This document shows, one piece after another, positions 41,789 to 46,915 of a DNA stretch of 46,915 nucleotides. A program made the translations under genes and the position numbers. The DNA is taken from positions 1 through 46,915 of the forward strand of contig JAUWXE010000001.1 in NCBI GenBank assembly GCA_030616535.1. The letters run 5' to 3'. How positions within the stretch are numbered: position 1 is the stretch's first letter; each line of letters starts with the position of its first letter. The notes under the pieces were generated by a model that was not told the origin of the DNA, made no database searches, and was given only the letters and a program-made list of their open reading frames with translations. This DNA comes from Candidatus Aerophobota bacterium. Its GTDB lineage: Bacteria > Aerophobota > Aerophobia > Aerophobales > AE-B3A.

Positions 41789-41820
41789 CCCGGTAGAGAA
41801 GTGACTTCTCCTCTACCGGG
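41789..41820 (-). other. Intercistronic stem-loop between the binding-protein and permease genes
   Basis: CCCGGTAGAG...CTCTACCGGG is a 10-bp perfect stem, with an inner GAAGT/ACTTC extension. It lies 16 nt after the substrate-binding-protein (SBP) gene stop, with no T-run on the transcribed strand. Confidence 0.45.
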
Positions 41821-41835
41821 ATTTTTACCCTTTAC

Positions 41836-43149
41836 TTATTTCTTTTCCTTCTCATAGGAGCGTATCAACTCTTGCATCCCCTCTTGTGCGGTCTTAATAG
41901 CCTCTTCTACACCCACTCTACCGCTCAGAGCATTCACCATCATATCGTAGATTGGAGCACCGGGTTTTGGATTGGTGATAGCACCCCAAGCTGGATTTGG
42001 ATGCTGGGTGGTTCGTCCGTAGGGGAGAGCTTTGACGTGGCCTTTAAACCACCAGTCCTCTGTATAGTAAGGGTCATCAAGCGCTGGCTGGCAAGGGCTG
42101 ATTTGACCCATTGTTATGGCTACACGTCTTTGAACTTCAGTTCTTGCCAAAAAGGATAGCCACTGCATAGCGGCATCCACATCTTTTGTCCCGTAAAGAA
42201 GCCCAAAGTAACCAGCTCCTTGAAAACTAACTCTTACTTTGTTCTTGAGAGGCTTGCGAGCTATGGTCTCTTCCGTCAGGTGGGGAACATTCTGCTCAAT
42301 GAATTTCTTGATAGAGCCGGTAACTGGCAGAATAGCCAGGTGGTTCGCAGAATATTCGCCCAGCCAGTCGTAAGAAGGGTCTAGAGCTGGATCAATGGGC
42401 GCGACCTTATGCTTGTACACGAGATCAACCAGGAACTGCAATGCTTCCCGGCCAGCTTCTGTATCAAGAGTAGCTTCAGTGTAATCTTCATTCAGAAGAG
42501 AGCCTCCGGCCTGCCATATCCAATTATAATAGTATTGAGCCAGATCCCCTCCTATCCCGACTCCCCACCTTACTACCTTTCCAGAAGCGTCTTTCTTGGT
42601 AAGCTTTTTACCGTAGACAACAAGGTCGTTCCAGGTGTCAAGGCCTTCAGGGTCTAATCCTGCCTGTTCAAAAAAATCCTTTCTATACACTAGTGGGCGA
42701 ACATCGACCCGCCAAGGAACACCGTAAAGGTGACCCTTGTATTTTACATCCCCCAAAGAACTGGTAGTCCATCTTTCCTCCAGGTCGGGAATATATTTAT
42801 CAATGTAGTCTTCAATGGGCATCGGCCCATGTTTGCCTGCCCCCATATCAGAGAAGGTAAATGACCAGAACGCATCTGTAACATCAGGTGCTTCCCCACC
42901 TAAACTGAGCATAGTCATTTTTTCCCGAGCCTGGGCCCAGTTAATGAATTCATAGTTAACCTTAATTCCGGTCTCGGCTTCAAAATCTTTGGCTAGACCT
43001 CTTATGAGCTCGTTCTGAGTTTTGTAGTCAGTGTAGAGCATCATCCAGAAATCAATTTGTTTTACTTTTGCAAACCCGGTACCCACAGCCGTTCCAAAAA
43101 GCAGCGGGATCAACGATAGGGTTATAACTATTAAACCTATCCTTTTCAT
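41836..43149 (-). CDS. ABC transporter extracellular solute-binding protein (family 1, sugar)
   Basis: RBS gggagga; signal peptide MKRIGLIVITLSLIPLLFGTAVG. The length and WMM.Y......L...A..FE..TGIKV pattern are typical of family-1 binding proteins. 437 aa. Confidence 0.9.
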   Translation of the reverse strand: MKRIGLIVITLSLIPLLFGTAVGTGFAKVKQIDFWMMLYTDYKTQNELIRGLAKDFEAETGIKVNYEFINWAQAREKMTMLSLGGEAPDVTDAFWSFTFSDMGAGKHGPMPIEDYIDKYIPDLEERWTTSSLGDVKYKGHLYGVPWRVDVRPLVYRKDFFEQAGLDPEGLDTWNDLVVYGKKLTKKDASGKVVRWGVGIGGDLAQYYYNWIWQAGGSLLNEDYTEATLDTEAGREALQFLVDLVYKHKVAPIDPALDPSYDWLGEYSANHLAILPVTGSIKKFIEQNVPHLTEETIARKPLKNKVRVSFQGAGYFGLLYGTKDVDAAMQWLSFLARTEVQRRVAITMGQISPCQPALDDPYYTEDWWFKGHVKALPYGRTTQHPNPAWGAITNPKPGAPIYDMMVNALSGRVGVEEAIKTAQEGMQELIRSYEKEKK

Positions 43150-43233
43150 TTTCTTCCTCCCTTTTCAATTACATTAAAAAATACATACCTTTTACCTCAT
43201 CCACCACCTCCCCTCTTTGCAAAATTTTCCAGT

Positions 43234-43896
43234 TCACACTAACCCTGTAGGGTCCTCTGAAGAGGACTTCTTTAATACAGCTATAGTTTTTTTCAGATGT
43301 TCCCGCATTAGGCTCTCTGCTGCATCAGGATCACGTCTGGCAAGAGCGTTGATTATCGCCATATGTTCAGGAAAAGTTTCCTTGGGGGGCCTTATCAGTC
43401 CGGGGGTGAAGCTGTTAGAGAGAATGTGGAAGGTTTTGACTATATCCTCCAGGAGTTTTACACCGCTGGCCCCGATGACAAAGAAATGAAACTTAACGTC
43501 AGCTCTCTGATAAATTCGCCAATCAGTATCGGTTATAGATTCCATAGCCTTCTCATACAGATTTTTAAAATACTCTGACTGTTCTTTTTTGACCACCAGT
43601 GTAGCTCTCCTACAAGCAAGACCTTCCAGTACTTCACGCATTTCAAATATCGTTATCATCTCTTCTTTAGAGAACTCTCTGACATAAGTACCCCCTTGAG
43701 GCATTACCTTCACCAGGTGTTCTTTTGCCAATTGACTTAATGCTTTACGAAGTGGAGTCCGGCTGACTCCCAATTTTTTGGCCAACTCTTCCTGTATTAA
43801 TTGTTCTCCCGGCTTCAATTGCTTCTTTAATATCATTTCTTTAACCTTGTTGTAAACTAATTTATCTAGGTTACTATATTTAATTTTTACGACCAT
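43234..43896 (-). CDS. GntR-family transcriptional regulator (FadR/FCD-type C-terminal domain)
   Basis: Winged helix-turn-helix LKPGEQLIQEELAKKLGVSRTPLRKALSQLAKEHLV plus a helical FCD-like C-terminus (MREVLEGLACRRA...FHFFVI...EHMAIINAL). Confidence 0.9.
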   Translation of the reverse strand: MVVKIKYSNLDKLVYNKVKEMILKKQLKPGEQLIQEELAKKLGVSRTPLRKALSQLAKEHLVKVMPQGGTYVREFSKEEMITIFEMREVLEGLACRRATLVVKKEQSEYFKNLYEKAMESITDTDWRIYQRADVKFHFFVIGASGVKLLEDIVKTFHILSNSFTPGLIRPPKETFPEHMAIINALARRDPDAAESLMREHLKKTIAVLKKSSSEDPTGLV

Positions 43897-43932
43897 TTTT
43901 GGCTTCTGTTAGGTATCCTGTACACCGTATAC

Positions 43933-43960
43933 ATTATATACATTTTTAAAAATCTGTCAA
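43933..43960 (-). promoter_or_regulatory. Near-consensus sigma70 promoter for the GntR gene
   Basis: The minus strand reads TTGACA (43960-55), a 16-nt spacer, then TATAAT (43938-33), immediately followed by GTATACggTGTACAgGATAC, which contains two short palindromes. Confidence 0.5.
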
Positions 43961-43986
43961 CCCTCACGGTTGCGCGGCTCTCTTTT

Positions 43987-45846
43987 TCAAAGATAAGGGA
44001 TCATGGCCTTTTGGGTGAGATTTATCATGAGGTTTTCTAAGCTGGCAATGTCGTTTATTCGGTGGACCTCTGCTCCCCATTTTTGTAGGTCGCGGCAGGT
44101 CAGATGAGAAATTCGGGGTTTAAAATCCCCCTCACTGATTTGAATGTGAGAAACCATATTTTTTTCCACAATCTCTTTCATAACAGGACTTACCGGCTTC
44201 ATATTCTTTACCAAATTTCTTAAGCGATAAGGAGCGTACCCTTTGGTGGATTCATTCCAGTTAAATATTTCCCCATCGGAGAGGATAATCATAACAGAGA
44301 AAGACCGGTTGAGGAGCTCCCCACGTAGCACCTCCTCTTCTAAGAGGGTGGTATCAAACTCGGGAAGATAGGCCAATCTTCTACAATCATCTATCTCCTG
44401 GTAATTTTTCCATCCAGTGGCAAGAGTATTCCTGGAAAAAGTTATCAAATTGTACTCAATATAAGGAGCTACCCCGCAGGATCTAAGCCACTTTAAGGCT
44501 CCGGTAAAGCCGAGCAAGACGTGATGATATTTACTCTTATTGCTCCAGGAATAATTCCCCTCTCCAAAATAAAAACGATGTTTCATCATTTCGCTGGCTA
44601 AAGAAAGAGTCTGGGGAGAAATTTTGCTTTGTATATCATCGGCCATAGAGGCTGAGGTATCTATGAGAAAGCAGATATCAGGAAAAGCCCCTTTTCTTTC
44701 TGGTTTATAGGGAATGAAGAGATCATAGTGGTATTTAGGAACTCGGAAGTTTATTAGCTCAAAAAAAGGACTTTCTGGATCAACTGCCAACCCGTATAAG
44801 TCGATATCCTCTCGTGAATGCCGCTCAGGATCAAAAGCCTCGTAATTAAAGGGAACCAGGGGCATGGTACTTCCTCTTTTTTGGGTATCTACCCGCATAG
44901 GGATTTCTGGAGAAAGAATCTCATACAAGGTTCTGGTTATTTCAAAACTGGTAAGATAGCTGGGTTTTCTCTTGTTCTCGTACATTGTTTTAACTATTCT
45001 TTTCCTCATTACTGAATTGACCGCATTTCTCTGGTATTGATTATCTGAACTTAGCTTTTCTTTTGGTTTTCCTCCTAAAAGGCCCCTTAACCCAAGGCTG
45101 AATTTAAAAGCGAGTTCCTGCCAATTACTCTTTCTGGATAAATTATCTACCTTTTCCTCAAGAGACCCACCCCGGAGGTTAAGGATTCTCATTACCTTAT
45201 TAACCGCCGTGTTGATAGATTTTCTGTTGGTAAAGCGCCTCCGAGCTAAGTGAAGATCTTCTTCGTCTCCCCACGCCAGAAGATTTATCTTGACAAATGC
45301 CTCATAAAGGGGAGAGAACCTGGGAGAAAAAAGGATCTCCAGGATGCAATCCTTGAAGGAGCGAGTCATTGAGGGAGGAATGTAAGCCTGGTCGTAAAAG
45401 AAAGCGGGCATTCCTTTAAAGTGAGAAAAATTTAGCTTACACCATGCATTAGCTATTACATCCTCAAAGGCATGAGTAAGGTATTCTACGGATGATTTTT
45501 CGTCTTGCTTTCCTATTGCTTGACCTACTCCCTCCAGGATTTGATGATGGAACTCGGTATTGCGGGGGCAAATCTGGTGATGGGCGATTTGATTACAGAG
45601 AAGATCCTCACCTATCTCCAGAAGGGGATGTTCATGGTATCCCCGGCCTAGATAGCGGGCAAGAGCTGAATCCTGGGAGATATCCCAGTCTTCATCAATC
45701 GTTACCTGCATCTCGTCTTGAGAAGATAGTCTCGCCGCAAGGTGACCACGGGAAGGCTTTAAGGGAAAGACCTTTATTATTATTTCACTTGACCCTAAGA
45801 GATTATTGATACTGCGAAGTTCGCACTCGAGTCTCTTATAATCCAT
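43987..45846 (-). CDS. Uncharacterised 619-aa protein: unknown N-terminal ~380 aa plus a C-terminal von Willebrand factor A (VWA) domain
   Basis: The MIDAS motif D396-T-S-A-S400 (nt 44647-44661) sits in hydrophobic context FPDICFLIDTSASM, with a later Thr (NLITFSRNT) and Asp (VMIILSDGE). The start ATG is 1 nt after the stop of the upstream ORF. Confidence 0.7.
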   Translation of the reverse strand: MDYKRLECELRSINNLLGSSEIIIKVFPLKPSRGHLAARLSSQDEMQVTIDEDWDISQDSALARYLGRGYHEHPLLEIGEDLLCNQIAHHQICPRNTEFHHQILEGVGQAIGKQDEKSSVEYLTHAFEDVIANAWCKLNFSHFKGMPAFFYDQAYIPPSMTRSFKDCILEILFSPRFSPLYEAFVKINLLAWGDEEDLHLARRRFTNRKSINTAVNKVMRILNLRGGSLEEKVDNLSRKSNWQELAFKFSLGLRGLLGGKPKEKLSSDNQYQRNAVNSVMRKRIVKTMYENKRKPSYLTSFEITRTLYEILSPEIPMRVDTQKRGSTMPLVPFNYEAFDPERHSREDIDLYGLAVDPESPFFELINFRVPKYHYDLFIPYKPERKGAFPDICFLIDTSASMADDIQSKISPQTLSLASEMMKHRFYFGEGNYSWSNKSKYHHVLLGFTGALKWLRSCGVAPYIEYNLITFSRNTLATGWKNYQEIDDCRRLAYLPEFDTTLLEEEVLRGELLNRSFSVMIILSDGEIFNWNESTKGYAPYRLRNLVKNMKPVSPVMKEIVEKNMVSHIQISEGDFKPRISHLTCRDLQKWGAEVHRINDIASLENLMINLTQKAMIPYL

Positions 45847-45847
45847 A

Positions 45848-46915
45848 CTATAGCTCTTTTAATTTATAAACCGGAATACTTGCTAGGGCCGTGACCTTTT
45901 TCTCCAGAGAGATGGTAGTTTGATGCTCCCTGCCTTTTTTCTTTATCCATATTTTTCTTTCTTCTGCTCCTACTAAGGAATCACCACTCTGGGCTAAAGC
46001 CTCCAGTGGACGAGCCGAAGTCATCCAAGGCTCCTGGGGATTTTCTATCTGGTAAATCTCGCGTCCGGTGGAAAAAACGAGCTTTCCTTCCACCAAAGCT
46101 AAGCCAGTGATGCGCTTTCTTCGAAATTTTCCACGCTCAAGATCAAAGATTTTTCTGGGCTTACTTAAATTTTCATACCAGGCATAGATGCCGTCCTCAG
46201 TGGCAAAAGCTATGCCGTACATACTTCCTAATCTATCACTGATCTTTTTACTTATTTTTTCTCCTGGTCTAAGAGCAGTTATTTTTTCTCCAAAGATAGT
46301 CTGTTCGGGCCAAAGAAGACCCTCGAGCCAGAGTTGATTAGTAGCCGAGATTTTTCCCTTTTTGATCTCCTCCACCAGAGGTTTTGAGCTATTTCGGCTG
46401 ACTTTATTAATTTCAGTCAGTATCTCCTCGAACCATCCCCATTCTTCCCCTAAGACTTTCACTTCTTCATGAGCGAGGGTTCCGGATAGGGCATCGTAAA
46501 GTGCTTTCTTTATATAATCAGCTTTTTCTTCCAGCTCGGACTTTATTTTCCGGTAAAGAAAATCAGAAGCAAGATAGGGATTACCATGATGCTGCCTTTT
46601 TACCCAGGAGGCATCAAAGATCCCGGAATAAGGTGCGGTAAGTCTAAAGGCCTGGAGGATCTCCAGGTACCCGGGAAGCTCGTTAGCCGAAGTTTCCGAT
46701 TTGGCTTGAGAGACGGCAGTAAGCCCAAAAGCTAAGGCTTTAAAGGCCTTAAAAGATCTGGTGGTGGCAGGGATGACATAGGCACAAACGTCTCCCATCA
46801 CGGTGGCTTTTCCTTCAGATAAGCACCCCTGACACATAGCAGGGATATCGTCTCTCACCGTACTTTTTCTCCCGGTAGGGGACCTGTCACAATAGTCCAG
46901 GCTTCTTTTGAGGTA
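45848..46915 (-). CDS. Uncharacterised protein, 5' end off-window (at least 355 aa visible)
   Basis: The frame stays open for 19 further codons beyond the tracked GTG 46858 up to the window edge (YLKRSLDYCDRSPTGRKST-VRDDIPAMCQGCL...). The visible N-part is Cys-rich. The C-terminal ~130 aa has repeated beta-hairpin-like units. No Walker motifs are visible. Confidence 0.6.
   Translation of the reverse strand, partial: YLKRSLDYCDRSPTGRKSTVRDDIPAMCQGCLSEGKATVMGDVCAYVIPATTRSFKAFKALAFGLTAVSQAKSETSANELPGYLEILQAFRLTAPYSGIFDASWVKRQHHGNPYLASDFLYRKIKSELEEKADYIKKALYDALSGTLAHEEVKVLGEEWGWFEEILTEINKVSRNSSKPLVEEIKKGKISATNQLWLEGLLWPEQTIFGEKITALRPGEKISKKISDRLGSMYGIAFATEDGIYAWYENLSKPRKIFDLERGKFRRKRITGLALVEGKLVFSTGREIYQIENPQEPWMTSARPLEALAQSGDSLVGAEERKIWIKKKGREHQTTISLEKKVTALASIPVYKLKEL

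Noticed and set aside
1-46915. The remaining short antisense or overlapping ORFs in the track, for example 504..731, 1006..1218, 2594..2890, 3716..3910, 4444..4653, 4896..5099, 6401..6625, 7000..7422, 7910..8236, 11163..11444, 13086..13495, 14703..14885, 16432..17280, 17475..17714, 18382..18627, 20512..20956, 21671..21874, 22368..22634, 23162..23425, 23847..24107, 24567..24764, 25022..26038, 26294..26485, 26776..26961, 30809..31258, 31996..32289, 34142..34769, 35952..36182, 37515..37712, 39030..39898, 39932..40657, 40941..41289, 41872..42657, 43217..43578, 44818..45015 and 45492..45809.
   Set aside because: Each is nested in, or antisense to, a longer ORF with clear family motifs. None has an RBS or a recognisable domain.
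1-46915. A search by eye for CRISPR arrays, tRNA/rRNA genes, retron- or DGR-like repeats, integrases and known riboswitch cores in all intergenic regions.
   Set aside because: None was found. The intergenic regions larger than 150 nt (1428-1645, 20172-20389, 21251-21506, 24781-24992, 26983-28228, 29582-30024, 35192-35457 and 41685-41835) are explained by promoters, hairpins or gene remnants. A covariance-model scan would be needed to exclude small structured RNAs.

Overview
This 46.9-kb window looks like it comes from a diderm, moderately AT-rich, probably uncultivated bacterium; I cannot assign a taxon. I found no rRNA, tRNA or CRISPR array by eye.

Gene content, left to right:
- (1) A sugar locus (1-5282): two xylose-isomerase-like TIM-barrel genes (one edge-truncated, one broken by an internal deletion), an MttB-type gene remnant, a Gfo/Idh/MocA oxidoreductase, a PfkB kinase and a Zn-dependent alcohol dehydrogenase.
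- (2) An envelope cluster: DUF3108 protein, a 601-aa outer-membrane beta-barrel protein with an internal 75-bp perfect repeat, and a 923-aa TPR protein.
- (3) A housekeeping block: dnaE-radC-acyP; glyQ-glyS-PSP1-PP-loop ATPase-HAD hydrolase; and DUF362, a small ORF, PncC/CinA, Nudix and an eIF2B-like isomerase.
- (4) A second TIM-barrel + Gfo/Idh/MocA pair.
- (5) A decayed zone (about 26983-30024): an IS91-family transposase remnant and two C-terminal stubs of MalG-type ABC permeases bracketing an intact GH1 beta-glucosidase.
- (6) A GH127-uxaC-GH4 operon.
- (7) A 1.2-kb toxin-antitoxin islet (Phd/RelE, HicB and a frameshifted hicA) lying between the 5' stubs of two convergent genes.
- (8) A GntR-controlled ABC sugar-uptake operon with an unassigned clan-GH-A-like hydrolase and two more TIM-barrel genes.
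- (9) At the right edge, a tightly coupled pair of unknown function that continues off-window: a Cys-rich, beta-repeat protein plus a 619-aa protein with a VWA/MIDAS domain.

Most notable points:
- The vWA pair is the best candidate for an undescribed system, but it is only partly visible.
- TIM-barrel and oxidoreductase genes are unusually dense, which suggests oxidative (3-keto) glycoside processing.
- Eight gene remnants or pseudogenes occur in 47 kb, with readable deletion junctions.
- A GC-rich structured element lies between glyQ and glyS.

All functional calls rest on motif recognition by eye and recollection of family consensus. No searches were run.
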